From the NCBI GenBank assembly GCA_964016885.1, contig OZ024758.1:24614001-24678000 (forward strand): DNA of 64,000 nt, given 5' to 3'. The DNA is from Eledone cirrhosa (Eukaryota). The translations under genes were made by a program, and so were the position numbers. Below the pieces are notes generated by a model. It ran no database searches and had not been told where the DNA came from. It saw only the letters and a list, made by a program, of their open reading frames with translations. This document shows positions 1 to 11,946 of the stretch, in pieces (position 1 is the stretch's first letter; each line of letters starts with the position of its first letter).

Positions 1-543
1 AGCAACACTCAGGCCATTTGGTCCAAACTTCTGATATAAAATAATAATAATAATTGTTTCTTATATAGGCACAAGGCCAGCAATTTTGAGGGGAGGGGAA
101 AGTCGATTAAATCGACCCCAGTGCGTGACTGGTACTTTATTTTATCAACCCTGTAAGGATGAAAGGCAAAGTTAACCTCGGCGGGATTTGAACTCAGTCC
201 ATAAAGGGTCGTAACTCTTTGCTGCAAAGTATGGCCTGCGACCCTCTACCGATACTGCCAATCCACCACCCTATAGTATAGTACATAGAATAATGTACAA
301 ATGTCAGGAAAATGAACAGTGTATGAGTCATGATATGCATGTGTGCGTGTGTATGGAGGGGGATATCAGGTGTAGCGTTGGCGAATTTCAGGAAACAAGG
401 GGGTTTTAAAGGATGTATTGTCTCGGCAGCTAACAACTGAGTGTGAAAAAAATGTTTCCGAAAGTCATGGGAGCTGTGCTATCAACAAGTTTAGTAACTA
501 TTTGACAAGCTACTGGTTAACTTCCAACAACTATAGTATAGAT

Positions 544-699
544 CAGCAGTTGCCAATCTTTTGGACCTCGCAAACCACTAAATTCATAATTTAAAATCCC
601 ACAGATCACTAATATGAATTTTTTTAAAAAGATAAACACATTAAAATTTTTCTGCAGACCACCAAAATTTTCTCATGGACCACTGGTTGGTGACCGCTG
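544..699. mobile_element. hAT (Charlie/MER5-like) MITE
   Basis: CAGCAGTTGCCAA...TTGGTGACCGCTG termini; 8-bp TSD gtatagat/atatagat. Confidence 0.65.
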
Positions 700-1099
700 A
701 TATAGATCATCACCCTACTAGTTATCAATATTCAACACTCTATCAAATACCAAGATACTAGCAATCAACATCAAATCCTCAGCCTACAACTCAGCAAAAA
801 CCATTTATTTTAAAAACTATTTACTATGTTACGCCACCTAAATTCAATAGTATGCCAGCCTATCAGCCAAAGTGTTGAGGTGCATATCCTCTCCTTGCAC
901 TGTTCCCTGACCCTGGCAATGTATTATTATATCAATTGTAATGTCATCAAAATACTGTATTTTGTTACCTTACTGTGCTAAGCTCAAATTCATCCTATCT
1001 ATTTATCTGTCTATCAGCACACAGGCACACCTGCACACACACACAGATACACATACACTGACACGCATATACACACATATTGAAGACAGGTTATGAAAC

Positions 1100-1732
1100 T
1101 CATCATCATCGTTTCACGTCCACTTTTCCCTGCTTGCAAAAGTGGGACAGGTCCTATTCAGCATCTGTCCATTCATCACGGTTCTTCATCATCTCCGTGA
1201 GCTTCAGCAATCTGAGGTCAGCTCTCACCATCTCCACCCGTGATTTTCGTGGTCTTCCTCTGCTGCTTCTTCCTTCCACTGGGATTTCTTGCCACTTCTT
1301 TACCCAGCGGTCATCCTCCATGCACATCACATGTCCATACCATCTCAGTCTTCTCTCCCGCACACTACAACTTATCCCTTTTATGCACAGTTTCTCTCTC
1401 AACTCATCTATGCTTGGTCGTTCACGCACATTGACATTGCACATCCATTGGAGCACGCTTGCTTCATTTCTCTCCAGCTGTCGCATATCCTTTGCAGTTG
1501 CAGTCCATGTCTCACTACCATTCAGCATCGCGCATCTCACACAGGCATCATATAACCGGCCTTTCGTACGCAGGGAGAAACTCTTCTTTGTCAACAGAGG
1601 AAGCAGCTCCCTAAACTTCTTCCAATCCGTCCTTATTCTAGACATTATGGCCTCAGAGCACCCTCCTCCCTTGCTAATCTGATTACCTAGGTACTGGAAG
1701 CTATCAACCACATCTATAGATCTTACTTGCAT
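1100..1732 (-). mobile_element. RTE-clade LINE, 3' fragment (RT C-terminus, 3' UTR, (GAT)n tail)
   Basis: FQYLG...KGRLYDACVRCAMLNGSETW...RRLRWYGHVM...GRSSRGRPRK; related fragments near 14390-14720(-), 30260-30530(+), 39990-40400(+), 49285-49523(-), 52240-52350(+). Confidence 0.9.
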
Positions 1733-2145
1733 TTCAAAAATGTGTTAATCACTGCAACTTCTGCTGTCAAAAAGAATTTGAGGAAAGTTTATATACAAAA
1801 TACTATCTATCTCTCTGTCTATCTATTTATTACTCTTGCTCGATGGGACTGGAGTCATCCTGGTCAATGGTCCCAGAAGCATATTCTTGCGTAGAGCTGA
1901 CCGAGTCCACCAGTGCCCTCCACCACTGGCAGTCCTCTGCCAGCCCCTCTTCATCCTCCAAGGTGACATCAAGCCTCTAGAGATCTTCTTTAATCATGTC
2001 CAGCGATCTGGTGCAGGGTGTGCCATGAGAGCCTTTTGTTACAGACACAAAATAGAACAACAGCAAGTTACTGTAGTAAATCTTTTTCTGAAATTCCTCC
2101 ATTAAAAGAAAAGTCTTTAACCCTTTAGTATTTACATTACTCTCA

Positions 2146-2488
2146 TCATTCATCATCATTTCATTTTACATCCGCTTTTCCCTGCTTGCAAGGGTGGGAC
2201 GGGAACTGATTCTGGCTTGATTGCTACAGCTGGATGCCCTTCCTAACACCAACCCCATTTACAGTGAGTGCTGGGTGCTTTTTTTGCCGTGGCACCTCCA
2301 CGACCACTTTGCAGTGGAATGATAGGGACCCCAGTCCCTATCATCTCATTTCTACAGCTGAGTAAACTGGAGCAATGTGAAATAAAGTGTCTTGCTCAAG
2401 GAAACAACACATCACCCAGTCTGAGAATTGAACTCACAACCTTTCGATTGCATGGCCAATGCTCTAACCACTAAGCCATGTGCCTCCA
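2146..2488 (-). mobile_element. tRNA-derived SINE family B with RTE-type 3' tail
   Basis: Head GGAGGCACATGGCTTAGTGGTTAGAGC with B box; body TCCTTGAGCAAGACACTTTATTTCAC; other copies at 29200-29586(+), 33610-33893(-), 47357-47690(-), 61286-61667(+); related heads at 10030-10193, 13106-13315, 35510-35710. Confidence 0.8.
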
Positions 2489-2727
2489 TATATACTATTA
2501 TATTTTCATGGTAAAGGCTTTACCTCACATAATTATCTCACATAATATTGAATCTATGAGATTTTGATATTATTTATTTTGAGAACAATACCTTAACATC
2601 AGTATGAGTGGCTAGTTGCAGCTGGTTTGAACAGAAAGAGGTGAGAGAATTCTGGCTGGTTTAAATAATATTCCTCGTGTGTTTGGGAAAATGACATTTC
2701 ATTTCTTTAAATTCTTTCTTTTTGCAG

Positions 2728-2871
2728 AAGTTGACTTCTTTTAAAATGGAATCTATGGCATATATCCATTATAGCTCTGCTTTACCTGGTGCCAAGATAC
2801 ACGTGTTTGGTGCATTGGAAACTGTACAGCAATCATTTCTTTTCCAAAATGGGAAAGATGTACATGTTAAT
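2728..2871 (+). CDS. TMEM231: TMEM231 (ciliary transition-zone protein), internal coding exon; upstream exons are not found in this window
   Basis: ttttgcag|AAG...AAT|gtaagt, 144 nt, phase 0/0; KLTSFKMESMAYIHYSSALPGAKIHVFGALETVQQSFLFQNGKDVHVN resembles vertebrate TMEM231 (MQSMAF...PGSQLYVNGDL, recalled). Confidence 0.85.
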
Positions 2872-2981
2872 GTAAGTTGAATTAATACATAATGCATTGC
2901 CCTGTGTACTGTACATGCACTTTTTGATGAGTTGTGGTGCACCTGAGCACTGTACACAATATTTCATTATTATTATTATAC

Positions 2982-3180
2982 AGGGCGGTGGATTGGCAGT
3001 ATCGGTAGAGTGTCGGACGCCATGCTTTCTAGCATAGTTACGTCCCTTTACGATCTGAGTTCAAATCCCGCCGAGGTTGACTTTGCCTTTCATCCTTACG
3101 GGGTCGATAAAATAAAGTACCAGTAATGCACTGGGTAATTGCTGGCCTTGTGCCTAAAGTAGAAACAATTATTATTATTA
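2982..3180 (+). mobile_element. tRNA-derived CORE-type SINE family A (about 30 copies in the window)
   Basis: A box TGGCAGTATCGG, B box GAGTTCAAATCC, CORE-like GACTTTGCCTTTCATCCTTACGGGGTCGATAAAAT, (ATT)n tail; copies e.g. 52-270(-), 3402-3595(+), 11168-11335(-), 12808-13003(+), 15212-15390(+), 22778-23190(-, two), 24112-24302(-), 27357-27553(-), 31376-31561(-), 34838-35026(+), 35757-35931(+), 36219-36409(+), 38534-38762(-), 47049-47237(+), 49069-49260(-), 52747-52938(-), 53967-54158(+), 54610-55003(+, two), 55780-55957(-), 58803-58966(-). Confidence 0.9.
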
Positions 3181-3960
3181 TATCATGACTCATACACTGT
3201 TCACTTTCCTGACATTTGTACATTATTCTATGTACTATACATGCACTTTTGATGAGTTGTAGTGCACCTGAGCACTGTACACAATTTCATTATTATTATT
3301 ATTATAAAGAATTTGGAGGGATTTACTAAAATCATTTTGATTATTAAGATGGTATTTGTAACATTACAAAAAACTTATATAATATTATTATTTCTACATT
3401 GTGCGGTGGATTGGCAGTATCTGTAGAGGGTTGGACGCTGTGCTTTGACGCACAGAGTTACGGCCCTTGCCATTCTGAGTTCAAATCCCGCCGAGCTTAA
3501 CTTTACCTTTCATCCTCACGGGATCGATAAAATACAGTACCAGTAATGTACTGGATAATTGCTGGCCTTGTGCCAAAAAGTAGAAACAATTATTATTTCT
3601 ACGTTTGGCACAAGGCCAGCAATTATCCCAGTGTATTACTGGTACTTTATTTTATTGACCCCCGTAAGGATGAAAGGCAAAGTTAATCTCGGACACCATG
3701 CTTTGCGGCATAGAGTTACGGCCCTTTGCGTTCTGAGTTCAAATCCTGCCGTGGTTAACTTTGCCTTTCATCCTTAAGGGGTTGATAAAATAAAGTACCA
3801 GTAATACACTGGGATAATTGCTGGCCTTGTACCAAAAGTAGAAACAATTATTATTGACCGCCACAAAAAAGAAGTGGTTGGTCAAATCTTGGTATTTAGC
3901 TATCTTCTTTCTTCCTCTGAGTTTGTATATAATTAAATCTGATCTTCGGTGTATTTCCAG

Positions 3961-4042
3961 ACACCCATAATTGATGCTGACAGTGTGTTTGCCTCAGCTT
4001 ATGATTTACCAACTATTCTGAAGAAATATCATGAAAGGAATG
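3961..4042 (+). CDS. TMEM231: TMEM231 internal coding exon
   Basis: tttccag|ACA...AATG|gtaagt, 82 nt, phase 0/1; TPIIDADSVFASAYDLPTILKKYHERN matches the YDL...Y.ERN motif. Confidence 0.88.
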
Positions 4043-4654
4043 GTAAGTTGATTCTTCTCTAAAAAAAATGTTATCTGAGGACATAAGTCTTGCTACATTG
4101 AACAACTATTGATAATTTACTTTCCTTTCTTGTCCTCTCCTATATAATTTAGCCTCTCCTATTTGTCCTAGATTGGTCTTTCTACTTGTCCTAATTTAGG
4201 CCAACTATTTGACCTTGTCTAACTCTTATATTTCCCTATTCTTTCTTTCCTTTTGTTTCCCTTTTTTTTTTATTATTTCTGTCATTATTGTTGTCACTGT
4301 TATTATTACTGTAAATAATATCATGTTTATACAGTTTTTATTGTAACAATTTAGTAGAGAATATCAAAAAAAAAAAAGCAAGTTTGTTAATTCAAATATT
4401 TACAGTATCTTTACTAGTGGACAGCAATCACTTTGTAAGAAATTAATATTCTTACTTTTGTAGGAGGCCTAGTTTCATTTCCAACATGTAACCATTTCAC
4501 TTCACCTGTGTTGTACTGTTGTGGTTGTTTAACCCCTGGTCAGCCCTGGTAAAATAATCTCTCACTTGCTAACATGACAAAATAGATGTAAAATGAAAAT
4601 TGTGTCCTTTTCATTGCAGTGTGCTAAATTTTCTATTTTTTCTATTTTTTCCAG

Positions 4655-4760
4655 TGACCACCAAATTGATTGAACCCTACTATGTTTGGACCATTGGGCG
4701 TGGAGCCAAAATGCCATTTGTTATTTCAGTAGACATTAAATATCCAGAGCAAGATTTTAT
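4655..4760 (+). CDS. TMEM231: TMEM231 penultimate coding exon, followed by a U12-type donor
   Basis: ttttccag|TG ACC ACC...TTT AT|gtatccttt, phase 1/2; VTTKLIEPYYVWTIGRGAKMPFVISVDIKYPEQDF. Confidence 0.88.
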
Positions 4761-4940
4761 GTATCCTTTAGATCATTTATGTATTCTTTTAATGGTTTCA
4801 ATCATTGGATTACGGCCATACTGAAACACTTTGTTGTAGTGCACCTGAGCACTGTACACAATAATTTCATTATTATTATACTACTTCCACTGGAGTTTAG
4901 TTGAATCCAGCTCTAGAAAGCTTGTTTAACAAAAGGTTCA

Positions 4941-6196
4941 GAGGACCCTTCAGTCGTGTCAAGTCATGACAGACTCCCTAGTGTTGGTGGTCTACATGAG
5001 GAGCCTTCAGTCGTGTCAAGTCATGACAGACTCCCTAGTGTTGGTGGTCTACATGAGGACCCTTCAGTCGTGTCAAGTCATGACAGACTCCCTAGTGTTG
5101 GTGGTCTACATGAGGACCCTTCAGTCGTGTCAAGTCGTGACAGACTCCCTAGTGTTGGTGGTCTACATAAGGGGCCTTCAGTCGTGTCAAGTCATGACAG
5201 ACTCCCTAGTGTTGGTGGTCTACATGATTAGCCTTCAGTCGTGTCAAGTCATGACAGACTCCCTAGTGTTGGTGGTCTACATGATTAGCCTTCAGTCGTG
5301 TCAAGTCGTGACAGACTCCCTAGTGTTGGTGGTCTACATGAGGAGCCTTCAGTCGTGTCAAGTCGTGACAGACTCCCTAGTGTTGGTGGTCTACATGAGG
5401 ACCCTTCAGTCGTGTCAAGTCGTGACAGACTCCCTAGTGTTGGTGGTCTACATGAGGAGCCTTCAGTCGTGTCAAGTCATGACAGACTCCCTAGTGTTGG
5501 TGGTCTACATGAGGACCCTTCAGTTGTGTCAAGTCGTGACAGACTCCCTAGTGTTGGTGGTCTACATGAGGAGCCTTCAGTTGTGTCAAGTCGTGACAGA
5601 CTCCCTAGTGTTGGTGGTCTACATGAGGAGCCTTCAGTCGTGTCAAGTCATGACAGACTCCCTAGTGTTGGTGGTCTACATGAGGAGCCTTCAGTCGTGT
5701 CAAGTCATGACAGACTCCCTAGTGTTGGTGGTCTACATGAGGAGCCTTCAGTCGTGTCAAGTCATGACAGACTCCCTAGTGTTGGTGGTCTACATGAGGA
5801 CCTTTCAGTCGTGTCAAGTCATGACAGACTCCCTAGTGTTGGTGGTCTACATGAGGACCCTTCAGTCGTGTCAAGTCATGACAGACTCCCTAGTGTTGGT
5901 GGTCTACATGAGGAGCCTTCAGTCGTGTCAAGTCATGACAGACTCCCTAGTGTTGGTGGTCTACATGAGGACCCTTCAGTCGTGTCAAGTCGTGACAGAC
6001 TCCCTAGTGTTGGTGGTCTACATGAGGAGCCTTCAGTCGTGTCAAGTCGTGACAGACTCCCTAGTGTTGGTGGTCTACATGAGGAGCCTTCAGTCGTGTC
6101 AAGTCGTGACAGACTCCCTAGTGTTGGTGGTCTACATGAGGAGCCTTCAGTCATGTCAAGTCGTGACAGACTCCCTAGTGTTGGTGGTCTACATGA
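4941..6196. repeat. 57-bp minisatellite, about 22 copies, inside the U12 intron
   Basis: Unit GAGCCTTCAGTCGTGTCAAGTCRTGACAGACTCCCTAGTGTTGGTGGTCTACATGAG; followed by about 127-bp degenerate units to about 7110. Confidence 0.95.
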
Positions 6197-7621
6197 TAAA
6201 TTTACCCAGCACATGCTGTAAAGTAGTTGGTAATAGGAAGGTCATCTAGCCATAGAAAGCTTGTTTAATAAAGGGTTGGGAGGAAGCTTCTGTTCTGTCA
6301 AGGACATGACTACGTACCTAGTGTTGGTGACATACATGATAAACACACCCAGTACATGCTGTAATGTAGTTGCTGATAGGGAGTGCATCCAGCCATAGAA
6401 AATTTGCAAAACAAAAGGTTTGGATGATACTTCAGTCAGGTCAAGGACACAACAGCTTCCAAGTTTTGGTGACTTACATGATAAACACACCTAGTGCACG
6501 TTATAAAGTGATTGGTGATAAGAAGGGCATCCAGCCGTAGAAAGCTTGTTTAAGAAAGTGTTGGGAGGAGCCTTCAGTCGTGTCAAGTCATGATAGATTC
6601 CCCAGTCTTGGTGATCTACATGATAAAAGCACCAACTACACGCTGTAAAGTGGTGATAGGAAGGGCATTCAGCCATAGAAAGCTTGTTTAACAAAGGGTT
6701 GGGAGGAGCCGTCAGTCATGTCAAGTCATGATAGATTCCCTAGTGTTGGTGATCTACATGATAAAAGCACCCACTACACGCTGTAAAGTGGTGATAGGAA
6801 GGGCATCCAGCCGTAGAAAGCTTGTTTAACAAAGGGTTGGGAGGAGCCGTCAGTCATGTCAAGTCATGATAGATTCCCTAGTGTTGGTGATCTTCACGAT
6901 AAACACATCTAGTGCACGCTGTAATGTCGTTGGTGTTAGGAAGGGCACCCTGCCATAGAAGGCTTTCTAAACAAAGGGTTGGAAGGACCCTTCAGTTGTG
7001 TTAAAGACATGATAGCCTCTCTAGTGTTGGTGATCTACACAAAAAATGCACCCAGTACACACTGTAAAGTGGTTGGTGATAGGAAGGGCATCCAGCTGCA
7101 GAAAGTTGGTTTATTATAAAAGGAAAAAAAAACTTCTACAGCATATGAAATAAAAATGTTAAAACTATTAAAGAAATTATATTGGAATAGCGGGTTCATT
7201 CATCGGTGAAAATAACTTAAAAAATATATAAACTCCTTAGTGTACGTGCTGACTTAGTTCTATCTAATAAGTATCTTTTCACTGACCTATCAACTTTAGC
7301 AATTCTTTCAAAAGACACTGAACTCTGCAGTCTGTCATATCAAACTTATAAGCTAATTATGGATTTGATTATAAATGTCAACAGAATTCACAAGACTGAA
7401 AAAAAAAAGAATCTAACCTTTACTGCAATATTTCTGGCTACTTAAGTATTTCTTTAGTTGACATATTAAAGTATATTAGTAATAATGAAATTCAAAGTTA
7501 CTGAATAGCTGCTTGTCGGTACTTTAGGTGTTTTTTCTTTGAAAATAGACTTTTATAGAGGTATATTAAATTCATGATTAGAAGGGTTGTAAACACTGTG
7601 GCAAATGTCATATCTTCTTGT

Positions 7622-7846
7622 TTAACCCTTTAGCATTTAAACCGGCTGTATCCAACCAGAATTCTCTCACCTCTTTCTCTTCAAACTAGCCGTAACTGGC
7701 CACTCATACCAACATTAAGGTATTGTCAAAATAAATAATATCAAAATCTTGTAGATTCGATACTATGTGAAATAATTATGTGAGGTAAAGCCTTTACCGT
7801 GAAAATATAATAGTAAATATAGAGTAATGTAAATGCTAAAGAGTTA
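7622..7846. mobile_element. piggyBac-like MITE (TTAA target, CCCTTTAGCATTT TIR); many copies
   Basis: TTAACCCTTTAGCATTTA...TAAATGCTAAAGRGTTAA; copies at about 8336-8553, 26141-26358, 26432-26637, 30723-31653 (interrupted), 32139-32328, 39383-39577, 42296-42476, 49975-50172, 58140-58332. Confidence 0.8.
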
Positions 7847-8604
7847 AGAAGGAACAGCATTACCTATGGCCCATATGGTCTTTTTTGAATGAGAAGCTAG
7901 GAGGAAATGATTGAAACTTGCAGGCTAGGGGGGGGGGGGTACTACAGAGTGCCAATTCTTAAAATGTAATGTTTGGAGTAGGTTTTGCAGAATAGGGAGA
8001 CAGACAAATGCAACAGGTAGGTACAGTAAACTTCAAAGAAGATTTTATTAGATATAGTGATAGAGAGGGCGGTGGATCGGCAGTATCGGTAGAGCATCGA
8101 ACAACAAGCTTTGCAGCATAGAGTTAAGTCCCTTTACGTTCTGAGTTAAAATTTGCTATGGTTAGTTAATAGTAAAAAAAATGATAATCACAGTGCCTAG
8201 GGATATAAGATTCGCTGGTGTGATGGTGCAAGGAGAGATGTATTGCAAATCTATCCAGTCTACATCATCAGCAGCAGCATCAGCATTAAATTGGTGATCA
8301 TAAGGACAATCTTATATTCAATGTATCTTTTTCTTTAACACTTTAGTATTTACATTACTCCATATTTACTATTGTATTTTCATGGTAAAGGCTTTACCTC
8401 ACATAATATCAAATCTACGAGATTTTCATATTTATTTTGAGAACAATACCTTAACATAAGTATGAACAGCCAGGTACAGCTGGTTTGAACAGAAAGAGGT
8501 GAGAGAATTCTGGCCAGATATGGCCAGTTTAAATGCTAATGCTAAATGGTTAAACTTACTTCTCTCTCTCTCCAAAATTTGTTATTTTCCTTGATTCTCC
8601 CTTG

Positions 8605-8776
8605 TTACACACCAAGCCTGCTCTACCAACTCCTGTGGAGCTGGGTGCAGTATGTATCAGTGCTATTTATATTCCTTTCAATAGCTTATAACATAAAGGT
8701 GTTCATATTTAGCAACCAAATTGTGAGTACAATGATAGTGAAACCTGATAAAGATTCTGGACTGAAATATTCCTGA
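8605..8776 (+). CDS. TMEM231: TMEM231 last coding exon (exact acceptor uncertain: exon starts at 8605, 8611 or 8617)
   Basis: YTPSLLYQLLWSWVQYVSVLFIFLSIAYNIKVFIFSNQIVSTM...YS*; WVQYVS motif plus a TM helix typical of the TMEM231 C-terminus; TGA at 8774-8776. Confidence 0.85.
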
Positions 8777-8859
8777 AGCTGAAGCTGTTCTTGAACAATT
8801 CTTGTGTTGGACCTCACCTCACATATGTACCCAGCTATGATATTAAGTATAGTGGTGTA

Positions 8860-9525
8860 GCCAACACCACAAGGTATCACAACAACTACAACACAACTAT
8901 CAATAGTATAGCAACCACAAGGCATCACAACTGACCAACAACAGATAGATATAGTAATCATAACACAATTATCAAGGCATCACAACTAACAACAACAACA
9001 ACAGATGCATTTAATAATCACAACACAATTATCAAGGCATCACAACTGACTAACAACAACAACAGATGCATTTAATAATCACAACACAATTATCAAGGCA
9101 TCACAACTGACTAACAACAACAACAGATGCATTTAATAATCACAACACAACTATTAATGATATAGCCATCACCACAAGGTATCACAACTGACTAACAACA
9201 ACAACAACACATCTATCAATGCTATAGCCACCACAGGGCATCACAACTGACCAACAACAGATGTAGTAATCACAACTCAATTATCAATGGTATCACAACT
9301 GACCAACAACAACTGCAACACAACTATCAATGCTATAGCCACCACAAGGTATCACAACTGACCAACAACAACAGATCTATATAATATCAACACAACTATC
9401 AGTGGTATAGCTACCACTACAAGGTATCACAACAACAACACAACTATCAATGGTATCACAACTGACCAACAACAACTGCAACACAACTATCAATGCTATA
9501 GCCACCACAAGGTATCACAACTGAA
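8860..9525. repeat. Degenerate CAA-rich tandem repeat downstream of the TMEM231 stop
   Basis: Recurrent GGYATCACAACTGACCAACAAC / CACAACTATCAATG modules with about 60-bp periodicity. Confidence 0.85.
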
Positions 9526-10198
9526 TGGTCTTAATGCAGTGTACTGCCTATATTAGTTCCTTATCCTTTTGAATTCAAATTCTGCTATGAAGAATTTTGT
9601 CATTCGTCCTCGTGGGATCAATAAATACCAGAGATATGCTGGGGGATCAAAATCTCTCCTCTATAAAATTATATTTTGTCCTTATACACGCATGCATGTA
9701 TATATGTGAGTGACTGGATGCATATATATATATATATATAAATGTATTATCCACACACACATATATATTATATACACATACATATATAAATACATACAAT
9801 CTCTCCTACATATACATACATATATATATATATAAATGTATTATCCACACACATATATATATTATATATACATACATATATAAATACATACAATCTCTCC
9901 TACATATACATATATATACATATATATATATATATATACATATATATATTTACACATACAATCTCTTCTACATATGTTTTATCAATCGACCTTCGTCAAA
10001 TCGGACCGAGGAAACAATGTTTCCATTGGTCTTTCCAGTTGCTAATACTATCTATCGGTCGCAACTCCAGGTAGAAGGAGCAACGTGAAATAAAGTGTCT
10101 TGCTCAAGGACATAACGCATCGCCTGGTCCAGGAATCGAACTCACAACCTCAAGATTGTGAATCCAATTCTCTAACCACTCAGCCACACGCCTTCTCC

Positions 10199-10261
<63 letters not shown>

Positions 10262-11810
10262 AAATACATCCAATCTTCCTCTACAAATTTATATTTTGCC
10301 TTATACACGCACGCATGCATGTATATATGAGTGAATGGATGCATATATATATATATTATACACACACACAAACATATATATATATATACACACATACATA
10401 TACACATATATATACACACATACATATATATATAGAGAGTGAGAGAGAGAGAGATGTGTAAAATCTCCTATATATATATATATATACACACACATTCATA
10501 CGTAAATACAATCTCTCCTCTACAAAATGACATTTTCTCCTAATGTTTACTATGTATAAATATAAAGTCCCTTTTACTGTAAGATAAGTAAGCAGTGATG
10601 AGTCCGTCCAAGAGAGTTTTTGACTAACTACAGATATCACTCAAATAATATTCCTATATTAAACCATATATTGAAAAAAATGTTTACAATGCTTCCTTCT
10701 GTTAAAACTAAATACATTCTTGATAATATTCATGATATTCAACTTCTGTAGTTGTTAGAGGAGTCCAGAGCCGACGAGGGAACCTCTACCTGGTCGCTTC
10801 GCCTGCTAGAAATAGCAGCTACATTTCCCTCTTATCGCATCCCACAATCTTAAGAAAGGACACATTACATAACGTGGTCTTTGATGTTATGGATAAAAAC
10901 CAAATTATATATACACGATACAGTATTGGGAAATACTACAAATACAAGTTTTTTTTTTCCCAATACTTAACTGTAATTTTTTTTTCATTTCATTCAATAT
11001 TTCAAAACCTTTGTTTTAAAATACGTTGTTTATAAATAAAGATTACAGTTCTACACCGAAATATTATTTTTGAACCGTCATTCGATTTTTCTTATACGAC
11101 TTACAGTTGAAGGGAAGCAACTCTGGATGCAACGTTATCTTTATATCAGACGATAAGGTCAAAGAATATTGTTTCTACTTTTGGCACAAGGCCAGCAATT
11201 ATCCCAGTGTATTACTGGTACTTTATTTTATTGACCCCCTAAGGATGAAAGCAAAGTTAACCTCGACGGGATTTGAACTCAGACCACAAAGGGCCGTAAC
11301 TCTTTGCTGCAAAGCATGGCGTCCGACCCTCTCTGCGTACATTGTGTAAAATATCTTAAAATAATAATGAAATTATTGTGTACAGTGCTCATCATACGCC
11401 TGTTTTCACCTTGATTGCAGAGGTGAGATGGGTCTTCTCCATCAAAGCGTCTCACCTTTTACTGCGGGCCCTTGTAAACCTATTTGTGAGGTTCAGTCTT
11501 CACTACTTCCTGGGTTTTCTAATTCTGGTTCCTCTATGTATCATGAAATAATGTGTGTGTGTATGTATATAATATATATATATGTATGTGTATATATATG
11601 TGTGTGTATGTACACATATATATACACACGCAAACATTATTTCATATATGTATATATCTATATATATGTAAGTATATATCTATATATATATATATATATG
11701 TATATATCTATATATATATATATGTATATATCTATATATCTATATATATATATATGTATATATCTATATACACACACACACATTATTTCATATATATAAA
11801 TATGTGTGTA

Positions 11811-11913
11811 TACAGGTTGACCCCCAAAAATGTGTACACACTTTGATTACCTGTACATGCAATATTTATTAGAATGCTATTGCAGTGTATATACATTTTT
11901 GGGACACCCTGTA
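11811..11913. mobile_element. Tc1/mariner-type MITE
   Basis: TA-CAGGTTGACCCCCAAAAATGTGTACAC...GTGTATATACATTTTTGGGACACCCTG-TA imperfect TIRs. Confidence 0.65.
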
Positions 11914-11914
11914 A

Positions 11915-11946
<32 letters not shown>

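Larger units (their letters stand above)
4761..8604 (+). other. U12-type (minor spliceosome) intron of TMEM231
   Basis: 5' site GTATCCTTT (4761-4769) matches the RTATCCTTT consensus; branch site TTCCTTGAT (8587-8595) lies close to the 3' end. Confidence 0.8.

Noticed and set aside
2982-3075. tRNA genes suggested by A and B boxes
   Set aside because: These are SINE heads: no complete cloverleaf, and each continues into a CORE-like body and tail
4956-6249. Long ORFs of 427 aa and 307 aa
   Set aside because: Produced by a 57-bp (19-codon) tandem repeat that is open in several frames; intronic and retroposon-derived
10594-10642. GTGATGAGTC...GAC as a C/D snoRNA or hammerhead
   Set aside because: No box D CTGA; hammerhead core has C3 and GAAA mutated
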